A DNA stretch of 64,000 nucleotides from Phoronis australis. Lineage: Eukaryota > Animalia > Phoronida. Shown here piece by piece: positions 45,828 through 61,000 of the stretch. The stretch's first letter is position 1; each line of letters opens with the position of its first letter. Made by a program: the position numbers and the translations under genes. The stretch covers positions 62,001-126,000 of the forward strand of contig NMRA01000147.1 in NCBI GenBank assembly GCA_002633005.1, written 5' to 3'. Below the pieces are notes generated by a model. That model was not told where the DNA came from and did not search any database. It saw only the letters and a list, made by a program, of their open reading frames with translations.

Positions 45828-46257
45828 NNNNNNNNNNNNNNNNNNNNNNNNNNNNNNNNNNNNNNNNNNNNNNNNNNNNNNNNNNNNNNNNNNNNNNNNN
45901 NNNNNNNNNNNNNNNNNNNNNNNNNNNNNNNNNNNNNNNNNNNNNNNNNNNNNNNNNNNNNNNNNNNNNNNNNNNNNNNNNNNNNNNNNNNNNNNNNNNN
46001 NNNNNNNNNNNNNNNNNNNNNNNNNNNNNNNNNNNNNNNNNNNNNNNNNNNNNNNNNNNNNNNNNNNNNNNNNNNNNNNNNNNNNNNNNNNNNNNNNNNN
46101 NNNNNNNNNNNNNNNNNNNNNNNNNNNNNNNNNNNNNNNNNNNNNNNNNNNNNNNNNNNNNNNNNNNNNNNNNNNNNNNNNNNNNNNNNNNNNNNNNNNN
46201 NNNNNNNNNNNNNNNNNNNNNNNNNNNNNNNNNNNNNNNNNNNNNNNNNNNNNNNNN
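45828..46257. other. Assembly gap (430 N)
   Basis: Run of n. Confidence 0.99.
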
Positions 46258-46279
46258 AAAGTTTTATTTATTATATGTC

Positions 46280-46900
46280 TTTCAGAAGCTTGTATTAAAA
46301 TGCTCTATATATCATACTTGTCATCAATACATTTTTGAAATGATGTTTGTTTATCTTTGATTTTTACTTAATGTAATTGAGTGACAAAGTTAAGCCGGTT
46401 ACAAACAGCATGATTGTTAAAAACAATATCACAAATAATATTAATAATTTGCTCAACCAATTATCAAGTTTCAACTTTCCTGATGAAAAATCTTTAAAAT
46501 GATACCTTATTTGTTTTTTTTCCTGGAGTAATTGTTATTTTATGAAAATTTGAAATCGCAAAATTGTACGTAGTGACTTCTCTTTGTCGGCTGTGTTAAC
46601 TTTAAGGTCAATATCTTCGCACAGGAACGTCTAATCGAAATGGTTTTTTTGGCAAATTATTCATCACAAAAAGTTCTTTAAAATGATGTATTACATGTCT
46701 ATTTACGTTTCTTAGTTTTGAAATAATAATATTTTGAACTCGCAGATTCGATTTGACAGAATTTTTACCAAAAATTTTGACACGAAAATGACATTTTCTC
46801 CGGAACCATAAGTCCAATTTAAAAAATTTTACTATCGTTATTTTAGTCTCGAAAAGAGCTTTCTAATGATGTATATTACATGCACATTTTCTAAAATTTT
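46280..46900. repeat. Degenerate ~185-bp tandem repeat beside the gap
   Basis: Recurrent tctttaaaatgat/ctttctaatgat...tacatg motif near 46490, 46675 and 46860. Confidence 0.4.
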
Positions 46901-48699
46901 TGAAAAATGCTGTTCTCCCTACTTATAGGATAGTCACTTTGTAACATTCCAGCATTTCGAGAAGGCAAACACCGAGTCACCGCTGAATGTTTGACTTAGA
47001 CGGGCAGAAATAACTAGTGTCTAAAGGCGAGTGAGAAACGCACACCAACAGGTGTGAGATATAAACTAGGGGGATGTATAGGGACCTGGGGTCATTGATT
47101 GGCTACGCGAATGTCAGAACGAAAATGCTGCGGCCAGTTCTGTGCCGTGGTTGCTCGATCAGCTCGACGAAATTCCGCACTTTTCCACAGACGTACTGAT
47201 AGTTAAAACATCAAGTTCAACAGAGAACTGTTAAAATAGGGGAAGTTCTCGTGATATGTGTTCAAATTCATCAATTACTTACCGACTATTCAGTGAAGAA
47301 GAAATTTAAGCAAATATCCCAGATGTTCAGTGGCGACTTGAACTAGACTTAAAATTTCAAGCGAAGTCGGCGCCGTAGGTTTCGTCAAATGATACACTGG
47401 AACCCATCGTAGCTGCAGCAAAACGGTCGAACACCCTAGACCATAGTCTCCTGCACAGACCCTCGAGGTTGGTTCCGTGACGTCATCTTGTGAGGCCCGG
47501 GAACCTAGACCAAAGCTACTTGCGCCCTCTGTGTCTCTAATGTGGCGCTCTTCTTGTTCCAGAACCAGACTGAGGATCTAAACGCAAATAAACATGGCCC
47601 AAAGACAAATGAAGGTTGACTTCGCTCGCTGGATGGATGAGCTATTCTTTTAAAGTACATTTTTCTATTCCCTCAATTTCTGAGTTCCTTGCTTCAGTCG
47701 TAACTTGCAGTGTTTAATTGTCGCCTTCATGGCACATGCCAATGAGTGTCATTTGAACGTCATAATGCTGCATTTGGTAATTCTCTCATGCCATGGCATT
47801 GATTCATCCAGAGATATTTAACTCGTTTAAGCTTTGGCTTGGCAACATTTTTACTTATCTCAGCCAATGTACTAAAAACTATAAACAGAATTCTTCCTAA
47901 CCGGTGTTTACCATTGGCGATCAAGAGCTAATTTGAGCGCCGGGTCGTGTCAAAACTTCGGTAATCGCGAATAAACACATACATGTAGTGAGAGCGTTCA
48001 ACTCCAATATTTGAATTTGGATGGTTTCGTGGAGTCTTCAGAGATCGAATCAGTTTCCGAATGAGCAGCACGTACATTGTACAAGAACTTCCAAACTCCC
48101 TCAACAGCTAGGTAACCGAAGCTTAAATTACTAGACCCGACATTTGCGCCGGGACAGGACATTCCCTGGGAACTCCTCGAAAAAACGCATGTAAGTAAAG
48201 GCCTCACTCGCCGCTTTGAGATGGTCGTATGTAACTTACTGTAGCCTAAGTTTCAACCGTCGACGTGAATTACTTCAGTACCAAATAGGTCGCCTGTTCC
48301 CCGGGAACTTCATAGCAACCAACATTGTCCTTATTTTTGTTTTCGGCAATTATGGACCTTGTTATTATTTGACCAACTATGCTGCTTCGTCATAAAAAAA
48401 TTAAATCTGTTAGTTTCTTTTTCGCACGCTACAGATCGCATTTCTTATGGGATCAACGTGAATGACTCGAAGCCTGTTGCTTTTTGCCGGTGAAATCCGA
48501 TACGAGATGGTGCTGTGGCGACCATTTTCCCCTTTTGTATGCGAAGCCAAAGCTCCGCCGCTGTTTCTGGTCCGATTTTTCTCAATTTTCTTTCTGTGGA
48601 TAGATCATTTCAAGGGCTATGGCAAGTGCCTCGTATGTTTTTCTCTAGGTCTTACCGTTCTCATGTTATACGAGATTTTCAGAGGACTAGTAGCCAAAT

Positions 48700-49197
48700 A
48701 ACTGATTTTTTGCCGTCCCTAGGGGGATCAGTCTGAAATTTGGTATCTGGATAGATCTTTACAAAGCGCTATCAATATGTGAAAGCTGTTACTTGCTACG
48801 ACTTAGCGTTCACGTTATATTTGAGATTTACTGCACTTTGTTAGCCTATCACATTTGTGCTAGAGATCGCAGGTTTCGTCTCATCGACCTGAAACTTAGG
48901 TACAGTGTTTAAGTAGTCACTAGCCCGCCGAGGACTGCTATTCTTGAGCGAAATCGGGCCCAAGGTGGTGCTGTAACGACCTTTTTTAATTATGTTTGCG
49001 GAGTTACGTGATCCTTTGGCCGAACCATTTCAAATTTGGTACGTAAATAGATCTGTTTACGGGCTATCTAATACTTAAGTGCAGTAAGCGAAAGGGTCGT
49101 GATTGTTTATGTTCTTGGTACTGTCGTCGATTCTCATGTTAGAATTTTAAATTTCTTTCACGAAGTGTCGCTCGTCAGAGCGCTTTCATTTATTCTT
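48700..49197 (+). mobile_element. 3' part of another HINE-like element
   Basis: Ends gctcgtcagagcgctttcatttatt, the same terminal structure as 22151-22175 in reverse; repeated aatttggta...atagatct...gctatc units near 48737 and 49033. Confidence 0.45.
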
Positions 49198-52100
49198 TAT
49201 CCATTGTACTATCAGTAATTTCTCCATGTCTCTTATAAGTTTTGTAAAGTTTCACTCGTAATTTCAGTTCAGTGGCACTGTAAACTTTGAATATGATAAT
49301 GATCAGATGCGACATGAGTAACCAGCACAGAAGATCCGATCACACCCATGTGGACTGGGACTTGTTTTAATTGCAGCTTGAAGAACAAGCGCGCATTATC
49401 TGTTTAATTACAAGACATGTTTTCATAGAACACACAGTACAGATTGAGTTACCCGACGGGCTAATTTGAGAGAACTGTCTGCATTTGCAATGACAACAAA
49501 TTATGCACAACAAGAAAAATAATCAACTAAGCCTTGATTGAAACGTCGAGAAGTCATGCCTGACACTTAAAGAGCTTCGTCTGCTATTGTGATTATTGCG
49601 TCCTGACTGAAGCCCGCCGTCCCTTGCATATACTGATACACTGTCTCATCTGTCTCATGCTTTACAATCCCTCGTGATGTTGCTTAAACAATCCCCTCCC
49701 GAGGAATTTCAGCTTTGACTTCTCAAGATACCTTTGCAGTTACGCATCGTCAACAAACATAGCCAGCACCGATAACCAGTGGCACTTTCACGAAAACTAT
49801 GTGAAGAAAATGTGTTGAAAAACACGAGGCAATCGCGAACCACGAGTATTCAAACATAAAGTAGTTCCGGAGGATTCAAAAATACATTAGGCCCAGTGCG
49901 TGTGAGTATTCAGGCGCGTGCACCTACATTCGAAATACTGTATTTTTTCAAAGAAACTTTGTACTCACGTATTCGCTGGTGCGCCTAAGCTTCACATAGT
50001 CACTGAGTGCTTTTGTGTGTTTTCAGCAAAACTTTTCATTTACTTAGTTAAGTTCGATACTCCGCGTGGCGAATAAGTCATGTTTCACAAGAATACTGTT
50101 GAAAAGTTGGTTCTACTCGAGTGCTCCACACATATAGGCGCAGTTTCACATAGCGGGTTGATTGTGTGCCCAATCGCTAGATGGTGGGACGTGGAGACTG
50201 TCGAAGAGTTAATAAATATACGCATGGGCCTAACACTGCTCACATGCGTAAAGTTGGAAACGTCTGACGCCAGACGCAAAGAAATCAATTTGTCGCAACC
50301 CCATCCAACTATTCTTGCATCATAATGTTGGGAATAATAGCATTCCTTTGCTGTTTTTATCTCTAGGTGTTAAAATAGTGCGTACTCGTTTCAAGAACAG
50401 GGAGGTTGTTGGCACACGAAAAATGCTCATTTAATCAAAAAGATATTACCATATCAGATAAATAATAAACATCACACCTTGGTTGATAGATGTGCAATTA
50501 TGGTATTATAAGTTAATTAATCGTTTGGTCTAAAGTCATAGGCGGATTTGATACAGTTCTTCCGTAAAAAGTCAGGACGGGGAGACATTTATGTGATCAA
50601 ATAATTACTCCAACTATTTATCCGAAATTTACAGATAAAGGCTTTCTGGTGGATAAAAAAGCAAACATCTATTGAGTAGGTTTGAAACGTTCTGTGGATA
50701 TTATATTAGATCATTACAGAGACTGTAGCGTGGAACTTTATCGTAAACAGGAGACATTGGAACCCATTCTTGTTCTTATGTTACTAAAGAAAGTGTACTA
50801 TTATGGAAAATAACTATATTCATGACAAAGAGACAAATGAACACCTTTCCATAGTTGTCATAATTCGCGAATCAAAAAACGGGACAAATCAATATTGAAA
50901 AGCGGGTCTTCCGATACAAGTTGGGCATCTGATCTATGCCAAACCACTGGCGTGAAATGTCGACGCAACATACTAAAACGTCCAGACAGCGTTTTTTGTT
51001 GAATGGGAGATGTTGCACCCCAAAGCGGCGTTTTTTAATTTATGAAAGTCGAATACGCAGTTGCTGGCGCCTCAAATTCCATGAAATGTCACATTTTTTT
51101 CCTTTTTAGTCGAACTTGAAATAGTTCTATGTCGCATGGGAAATTAGTACATGTCATTGTCACCATTTATCAAAAAGCGGGACATTTTGATGGGGTGGCG
51201 GGATGACGGTAAAAATTCAAAAATTTGGATAGTCCGCCAAGAGCGGGACAATTTGCAAATGCAATGTACGCTGTCAACAACAATTGGGTTTTTTACAAGG
51301 TAAACCTTTCATTGTTTAAATATATTTCGCGGATATAGGCAGATAACATTCACTGTTCAGAAACTGAATTCATGAAAGTCTCTGGCAACAGGTAAACAAG
51401 TTGCTCCGGCGAGGTGCAACGCTAATTTGTTCCGATTTAATGCGGAGAGCTAAGTTTTGAATTACACAGGCTAAACCCGTGGATCTACTGACTAAAGTTC
51501 ATTAGTTCAATGCTCCCATCATGATGAGATGATTCCGTCCCGATCTAACTTGACTTATCTAAAACCGCAACAAACCCGCCTTTGGCCGCCAAAAGGACCA
51601 AGGCCGTTTGCTTTCGACCATTTCGGATATAGCATAGGTATCAAATCGTTGTTTACTTAGATGGGGACTGATTTCCGAGGTACTGAAGAACTCGCTGCCT
51701 GTACGGTAGTGCTGGAGACCATGTTTGTTGGTTGCGTAAAATGACAAGCCAACTTGTCGAGCCCGGTTCACATCGATAAGTCGGTTCTTCGCAAGTCCAT
51801 GAAACATCCAAGTAAGCAACAGTTACCATCATATTTATAGCGGGAAGAGGTCTACATCACAAGTTACTTTTACACAGAAGGTGGGTTTCTCAAAGTTTGC
51901 CGATTTGGCTCCTCAGCGCTGGATGGCTGGACTCGACTTCAATGATCCAAGAATGGGTAAACAACACAACTACCGGAGAGTATTTTAATGTTCATTTATT
52001 GTTTCCGCACGATGAAGACAGGATATTTGGGTACATCATGAGCACTGCCAATCTGATTCAAAGCACACAACACACTATAGTACATCACTCTTTTTACAGA

Positions 52101-54427
52101 GGGGCGTGTTGGATGCCCCGCATTAAACATCACAGGAAAACTAGCTTTCAACTTAGGGTACAGTACAAGAAGAAAGTAATCATACGAAATGCCGTGTTCC
52201 CCTCATGATAGCTAAGTCTACTAACGGAGGAAAATACTGGTAATAATTATTACAGCGGCAAAATTCTAATTATAGAATTGGTTAGCACCAGTTTACTAAC
52301 TTCAACTTCTTGTGGCAACGAATTTGCTTTTGGTGCAGCAATCATAGCGTGAAATTCCGGATCTTTTTGTTTACATACTTATGGCTTATACTGTAGCTTA
52401 TCTTAACCACATCTCTGCCCACATACAATGTTTTCGATTTGCGGCTAGACATACAGCTGATTTTGTTCCTTGATGAGAGTGATTCCACCGGCATGGGACG
52501 AACCAGAAGTTCGTTATTGCTTGAGATGAACTCAATAACTTAGGCGTTTTTAAGTCTGAAATTGGTGAGAGTTTACAGGAGCACAAAGCATATATATGGG
52601 TAGTTCCGAAATGTTACAAAATGTGCACCTTCTTATTCAATAAAACGAAAAATAATAATTTCAAATCAGATCTTTAACGCCACATCACAAAACATTGCAT
52701 CACATAAGACTCTTAGAATCAAATAAATTACTAATTTACAAGGACTCAGATACAAAAGACTAACTCTAGTTACGCATGTACATCACAATGTTATCAGGAT
52801 AAATGGGTAATCTTAAGTTACCATATAGCACCATACTCTATTGACTTGAACCAACAGGAAACTATTCCTCCTCAAAACAAGAGTTCCACAGGGTAAAACA
52901 ACACCAACTTAGGATACAGTATGGCGGACAAGTGAAATTTAACTAATGAATATTCCAAAGATATCTCACACTAAATTAATACTTCTCCACGATTAAGTCC
53001 TATGCCACTGCTATTAGACGGTGTTTTGAAAAGTGTGACCTTTCAAAACATAAGAAGCACTTGAAAATGATTAAGATCAACTTTGACAATTACTTTTGGC
53101 TGAAATTGCAGAGATTTTACCATTGATCTGCTCTCTCAATTCTTATTTACGATCACACCAAGAAACTGTGATCAACAATAAACACACGATACAGTCCAAC
53201 AGACTAGTCCTTTCATGTTATACACCAAATGAAATTCATTGAGTTTTCTCAAGAATTGTCGAAAGTGAAATAACTGCAGGGGTGAATATTCGAAACTGAT
53301 GGCAGATGTCAGCAATGACTCATAGATCTCCGATTACGAGACGAAACATAATGAAGGATGTTTCAGAAGGATAAAACCCTATATGAAATTGCTTTATTTA
53401 TGAATCAGCACCATTGCTTTGAACCACACAGCATTAAATTTGTCTGCATGAGTCAATTTGATGATGCAACCTCAGCAAGGGTGGATCTTGGAGTTACGCC
53501 GTTCACTTGGAAGTACATACATGTTAAGTCCGAAAGATAAAAATGTGCTGATGAGAAGGATGTTTAATTACAAGCGAATGGGTTGCTAACTCCTTGGTCC
53601 TGCACTTGTTAACTTAATCAAATCTGCGTTGTGACCACTTCTTCACAAAATGGGGAATTTTAGGGGCCACAGCCCTTCGTAAGGGCCCCCTTTAAATCCA
53701 CCTCTGCTTGGGTTGCTCAACTAATTTCACTCCTTCAGACAAACCAAGGGCTTTGAGACACACATATACGCACATGCATTCTAGAAAGTTCTGACAGCCT
53801 CCTACATCTGCCAATAGGTGGATCCCCTTGCAGTCACATGATCTGGCTTAGTGCACGATATGAGGGTTCAGGTCAGAAAATTTTGTACTAACAATGATTT
53901 ATACACAGTTCTGTATATCTCATACAATCACCTATGTTCAATAAATACATAACACAAGGTGCAAACTACTCTATGATGAAATTCAGTAAGCATGAGGTCT
54001 CTGGATATCGAAATAAAACAGACTTCTGTACAAAAATGACCTGGGGGTGCGTTCAGAAGAAGCGGTCATCATGCATATTACATGTGACCATGCCAAGCAC
54101 TAGAAAACATGGCCGCCTCAGAAGGAAGCTGAATTTTGGTAGTTAACACCCTCAAAAGGTGTCGCCACCAGAATCTCATGAGTGACAAGTTTTAATGAAC
54201 ACACTTTTTTATCCTCCCTGAATTGAGTGCATGGCTTCCACTGTCTATTCACAATTTATACATGCACATGTGCCATACTCTATCTCCATATGGTTTAGAG
54301 GGATGACAAACACAGTCGATTGGGACTTGCACAAGGATCCTATTGTGTTAGTCCTCTTTTGACTTGGACATGTAAACCATTTGGAGGTAGAGGGTGGAGC
54401 CTCATTTGGCAGTCTGACTAAAGAGAT

Positions 54428-55085
54428 TTACAGCAATCCACCAGGCCGAGATGGAACTTGCATCCCAGCTATCTGCATCAATGGGTTGGTCTTGCCCACC
54501 TGCAGAGGGGGCGCCACCATACGCGGACGTGGACTTAATGAAGGCCCGCCCCCAAACGACGACGATAGAACAGTCTGAGTGGATGCGATCGACGTCACTG
54601 TGCTTGTCGCCATAGTAACTGTCACTGTGGTGACCGCAGCCGTGGCCGCCGATGATGACAGAATGTTGCCGATCCCATACGTTTTGATGGTGTCTAGGAT
54701 ACGAATATGTGAAAAGTCCGGAGTTAAAACACTGCTGGAAGGAGAACATGAACTCGCACTCACACTTGTTGTCGTTGGAAGCGTCCTGGTGGAGCTGTAG
54801 ATACTATACGCATGCATATGTGTTCCATCATACATGGTCTCCGTCATAATGTTCGGATAACGGATTGGACTAGGAAGTGTGCTGAACATGGAGGTGAATG
54901 ACTGGCTTGACTGACTGGCAAGTACTGGGCTTGTTGTCGTGTAGGTCGGTGAAGTGGCTGCCATGGTTTTGGCCGAAATGTTTCGCTCTTTCAGCATGGA
55001 GGCTAGTCCCAAAGACATGCTGAATGTACTTGTTCCCCTAGTATCCTGGAGTGAAATGACTGAAGGCCGGGCAGCAGAACCAGAA
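54428..55085 (-). CDS. TRAK1: TRAK/Milton terminal coding exon (Ser/Thr-rich tail)
   Basis: (ct)n polypyrimidine tract plus cag; SGSAARPSVISLQDTRGTSTFSMSLGLASMLKERNISA...PSRPGGLL stop. Confidence 0.85.
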
Positions 55086-58000
55086 CTGGAGTGAGAGAGA
55101 GAGAGAGAGTTAATCACATCACATGAGTCTGACCATCTACATGCTGTCAAAAAATTATGCAAATGATGACAAGAACTGGTTACAGTCTCGTATAATGGCA
55201 CCTACTTGAACGGTACAAGTTTCACATAATTTCTTACATCATATGTCAAAATGGGCTTTGTAAGTAAAGATGTATAAATTGGACATGAAATGGATCAGCA
55301 GTTTGCAAACATGTTTGGTACCAAAGATTCGTGAATGTCACCAGTACAACAGCAAGAAATTTGGGTAATAGTCACATACAGGGGGCCTGCATTTTGAGAA
55401 CCACTTTTCTCCACTGAATAGCAGGCTTCACACTGGTTCTCAAAAAGCAGGACACTCTAAGTGACTGTTGCTGAATTTTGAATTGCAGAGGTGAATGAAT
55501 AAAAAGAACAACATGTCTATCCAAACTTCCTTGTTCATCACACCCTATTACACGCTCAAAACATGTTAAGCTTGGGATGATAGAGATGAAAAGCAAAATG
55601 GCAGTCAACACGTGGCACCATTCGTGGACTGAATGCACAAAATGGCAAGCAAAATGTACCGGCTGTGCTTTAGCCTCGAGTTTAAGCAGTGGCCATCCAT
55701 CAACTGCAATATGTCCACAGCACTAAAATGGATAAGGTCATTACTGCTCAATAACAGCCCTCAAGAAGTGGCAGGCGCAAAGAACGGAGGCAGCCCTATG
55801 CCATTCTCCACAAAGCAGCCACGTCAGTGCTCCTGGCGGGAGACGGTGAACATACCTGGAGACCTGCGTGTTATAGTCATCACTAGGGTGCAGCACTGTC
55901 GACGTTGTATAAGTATAGATAGATGAGGTGCGTTCAGACAGTTTGTGAGGTTGGTAATCTGCAAAGCCAGAAAGTTCACGGCAAAATGTAGAGAGAAGGG
56001 TTAAAGCTATCAGTTTCGCCCACCAGAGGTCAGAGCACTTGATTGTCCGCCAGTTTGTGTAATGTTCAACATTATTCAGAGAAGCAGAGTTGGAGCAATG
56101 TTCTATCACAATTAATGTCAAGATTACGCTGAAAGTGATTTTTTTCTTCCGCAAATAAAGTACAAACACGCAATACTCTACAAACCACCAGCAAAAACGA
56201 CGAAAATCACAAATTCAACATATTCTGACCAAGCAGTTTTAGCATCAGTGGTTATTACTGTCAATCAAGTACTCTGAACCGCATCAAATACCCAGAGGGT
56301 CATGGGAACACATCATCACAAGACAAATTAGGTACATTTCAAGTACTGCACATTAGCTACCACAAGTGTAATATTTATTAGCCAACTATCCACCAAACAT
56401 GACGTTACGACACAGCAGAAAGTAGTTCACTTAGTTATTCGCCAAAAACGATGCAAGCGCTGGTCGCGATGGTGTGGCAACATACTGCAACCTCAGTCAT
56501 GCGACAAAGCGAGCCACCACTAGTTTACACAATGCTCTCGTGGAAATGACGCTCATTTTGAATTAGTTAACATAAACTTCCGAAACCGATTTAGGGCTTC
56601 AGGTTTAATAACACACTGAATTAGTTTTACATGGTCACACTATGGACAGAGGAGGGTTCGCTGATTACCTCTTTACCTAATATCACCACAGCAAACTTAA
56701 TTTATTCCTGTTTGAAAGTTAGGTGATTTTAACTCTACCAAGTTATTATTAAGTAGTTCACAAAGGCGCCATCTTACGATAGTAGTGACTCGCTGTGTTA
56801 ATTTCACGTCATTCAATCCCCTTACCATCCTCTTCATAATCGCTGAAGTTGTATGTGTCTTCCAGCTCTATTTTTTCTTCGCCCTTTATCTGTATGCCCG
56901 GGCGATCTTCCAGCAGCGCCCCCATGTGGGGAGTGGCCAGTCGCTGCCACTGATGAAGAGTTACAGACCCTATGATGAAACAACAAGGTGGCAAGTAGTC
57001 TAATAAGTCACTCGGTTCACACTTAATGAAACTGGTGAATCATGACTCACTTAAATTCAGCCAATTGCAAACTATTTCATCCACAGTTTCTGAACTGATC
57101 AATTTTGCCACCTATTCAAATTATCCCAAACAATTTTGCCGAGTTACTGTAGGTTGACTTACTATTTCGGTTAATTTACACATTGAAGATAAATCGGCAA
57201 AATTATCCCAGTTCTAAGGCTCAACTTTTTACAACAAAAACAAAACTTTAGCCAAGTGCTGCTTCATGACAGGAACATAGTACAAACCGTGTTAGCAATA
57301 ATGCAAAAATTCCGCTTGTCAGCCACATTGTATGCTAGATAGTTACGAATCATAACCTAGGATCTACAATATGAGAAACACTTTCTGATTCACACTATGA
57401 CCATTACCTGTCACCAAAGGGAAGAAACTAATTTTGAAAATTCAAATTTTACTTTATATCAAGCAAGAAAATCGTCTATAAAGCACATTTTCAGCAATGA
57501 CAGACAGCCTTCAACACAGATTCTACTGTTGTTGATGTCGGGCAAAACATTTTTGAGAGCACAAAATTACCTTCCATGGGCTTGACTATCTGCAGTTTCT
57601 CTGGAATGCGAAATCCGAGCCCATAATGAGAGGAGGCTGATAAGTTGGAGAGCCCTGAGATGCCACTTCCCTCTGAGATGACACTGTCGGGGGAGCGGCA
57701 TGGAGTAGGGGTATGTGACCCATCACTACCATGCCTAAGAACAAACAGATAGGGCGTCTTAGAATTACTACTGAAGAGAGGATCTACAGGCACCCCGAGT
57801 CTCTTTGCTCAAAATGAAACTCAGTTTTGTAAAAAAAGCCCGACCTGTTTCAGAAAAACCTTCTTCTGACGGCACAAAAAATTAAAAAATGTAATACTTC
57901 TTGAACCACATTGTCAGCTTGACATGGTCAATACAACCGTTAAATAACCCATTTAGTTATTCAACCCGCATTGAATAACATTCTGGCGGGAAACTGAGGC

Positions 58001-61000
58001 TGGTTTCAAACCCGCTTCGTTAGAGTTTCGAGTCGTCGACTTAACCACTAAACCACTCAGCAGCTGACGTCGAGGCTTAGCATGATAAAATGTGTAGTAA
58101 GCTACACCAGTTGCTTAAAACGTATTTACTTTATTTCTGTTTTGCTTAAATTTTCAATTGGTTTTGAGTAAAAGCATTACTTTTAACAAAAATAACTCGG
58201 CATTTCTTAAAAGGTCACGACCTCCGACGCCGGGCCTTTGACACAGCAAGTATTTACAGACGAGTCGAGAAAGGTAGATCGATTCATTGCAATGTTTCTT
58301 GTTCAGTATGAGGTATAAATAGATTATTACATGTTCTCAGTCGTTATCCCCCTTATCTACAGCCCTCCTGGATTTTCTCCAAAATCCACTCGGGATCTAG
58401 ATTACAGGGGTTAATGACTTCGCCATGTAATTATCTATATTTACAAGTTCCTCTATATAAACAATGCGCAATAAAGCGAAAAAGAAATCTGACTGAAATA
58501 ATACCTTTTGCGCCTCTCTTCAGTCTCTTCTTTGTACCTCTTCTCATTGAGTTCATTCCTACGTCTCAGCGTCAGCCTTCGCAGTGCAGTCTCTAGATCA
58601 TTGGAGCCAGGGATTCCTGGTCTACCCAGGTTTGTTGGTTTACTTCCTTTGGTTCTGTGAATGAGAGAAAACGGGGTTAATTACGTCACAAATCGACACT
58701 GCATCAACACCAGAAGCACATCTACCACACCCCCAGATGGCGTTGGTGAGAGTACATATTTTGGAATGCCCATTACTTTGTTACAACATATTGATGCACA
58801 TGCAGAGCTTGTCAACGTCACACAAAGTCCTGAATTTAATACTCTTATGGCCTGATGCAGAGCTAATTAGGTCAAGCTAAAGCTGCAATCTTCAAACTCA
58901 AATAAATGGCAGCCAATCAATGGACCAATCAATGAACTCCATTCACTCTGCGGTGTTACTATATCTATTAGAAATGCTAATTTGCCATATCAAAGATCAA
59001 AACCAAAGGGTTCCAATCCAAAACAAGAACCAGAATAATGCATTTCAAAGATGGTCGTACATGGGGCTCTAAAGCTTTTTCTGAATGAACAAAGTTTCAA
59101 TAAAATATATCCATATCTAAAGTTACACTTCCTACATGTTCAAAGGTACCAAATTAATTCACATCATCAAACCAACTTAACTGAACAAACTAGTGCTAAA
59201 TTGTTCTTACAACACAACTGCTCAAAGCAATTGAGATCAATTAGTCATTTGTCATGCTCATTCACATTAAAGTTATAAATCGTAGTATTAACAAAATAAC
59301 CAGTATTGATAACGATTACAAAAACCAAAACTTACCCTGTGTTGTGCTCATTGTCTGCTGAGTATCCAGCCTCACTTTGGGACTCGCTATCTGACAGATA
59401 CATTGAGCTGCGATCCGACGGACAAATGGATGCTACGCTGGATCCACCTGGACTGACCTGCGCTGACTGATAGTTTGACCCGGGAATACTGAGGTGAGAA
59501 CTTCCTCTACTCAGGTATGATGTTCTCTTCGACGCCTGCCGTGCGGCCTTGTATGTGTCGAAAATCTTGTAACTGTGTGACTTCCTCTGTTCAGGGCTGT
59601 AGCCATCAGGGTATCCCATCTCATCCTTGATGGTCTGGGAGAGCTCCGAGGCAAGCGAATCACTGGGCACGAAAGGTGAGTACGCGTAATGTTGGCGCGT
59701 AGCCTTGGGCTTGTGTTTGCGTCTCAGAGCTTTGATGTCCTCCTGAGACTCCAGGAACATTTCCAGACATTCATCGTGTCGAGTCTGTAAGTCGCTCAGT
59801 TCCTTGGACAGCTCTCGCTGAGTGTCCTGTGCAGCTCGCAGGTGCTTTTGCAGCTCGATGTTTTCCACCGTTAGCTACAGAAAAGAGCACAGAGTTATAC
59901 ACTGATCAAGTTGCAACCGGTGATGACTAATAAATTCAAAGGAATTTTCAATAGAATGAGTTCAAAACAACATCAATAACACTATGATTAACTTCATCAT
60001 TAAAACAATGCGTCATTTTGCACAAAATCTTGCAATACTCGAGTGTACGTACAAGGACTATCAAACAAATTTATTATACATTTGGAACTAAAAAAAACTT
60101 CACATAACCACTAAGTTTCAGTTAATACTCCGAACTGGTTGATATAGAGGTAGTGATGTTCTGGCGCAACGGTGGCCTCTGAACAACTTCAGTTCACAGA
60201 TTACAACAAACACTATCCCCCATTTCCTGACCATCAGAGTACTGATGTCTGGTTATGTAACCAAGCTGAGTCAGATAAGATCACTATGTACTCTGTAAGG
60301 ACTGCTTCTGAATGGCCCACTTCAATCAAAAGATATCACAGGTTTATTGTCAGGTTACCCTAGGTTCAGTACCATTCAGCAGTAAAAGTTTTATCATGCT
60401 GATGGCTAGATTAAAGGGAAAATGGAGGCAATAGTAACTTACAGAGGTCCCAAATTTTGAGCACCAGTTTGATGCCCATTATTCGAGGAGAAAACTGGCT
60501 CCTAACTCCTGTAAATGACCATTGCCAAATAAGAACCAAGACAACTCACCGACTTGAGCTTCTTCTGCATATCAACCACCTGTGCCAGGAGTGACGTTGT
60601 CTCCTCCTGTTGGCGCAGGTTGTCCTCTGTCCTCTTGGTAACATCCTCCTGCAGTTCCTTCACTTGCTGATTAGCCTCGTCTGGAGAATAGGGAAAATGA
60701 GAGTTAAGGCACAAACGTTACCCGAGAAGTATTACAACAAGTCAACAGTACACTTAGTCTACATACTAGGGTGTCCTAAATATGTACCCACACTTCAAAT
60801 GATAATAACTGCTTTCTTTATTGACTCGGGAACAAGATTACTGCTTTAAATTCATAAAAGGGTGTTAAAAAATGTTTTCAAACATAAAAAATGCACCGTT
60901 TGTTAAATTGAGAAGAAGGTTCATTGCATTGGAGAAATGGCATTGTGCGAAAACTTTTTGTTCTCCAAAATGAGTTGTTTGTTTGCAACTCCCATGGATA

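Noticed and set aside
45802-46338. 178-aa ORF
   Set aside because: Artefact spanning the N gap
51559-51960. Exon-like segments (e.g. cag|KVGFSKFADLAPQRWMAGLDFNDPRM|gt) and an 86-aa - strand ORF
   Set aside because: No consistent multi-exon frame or recognisable domain could be assembled
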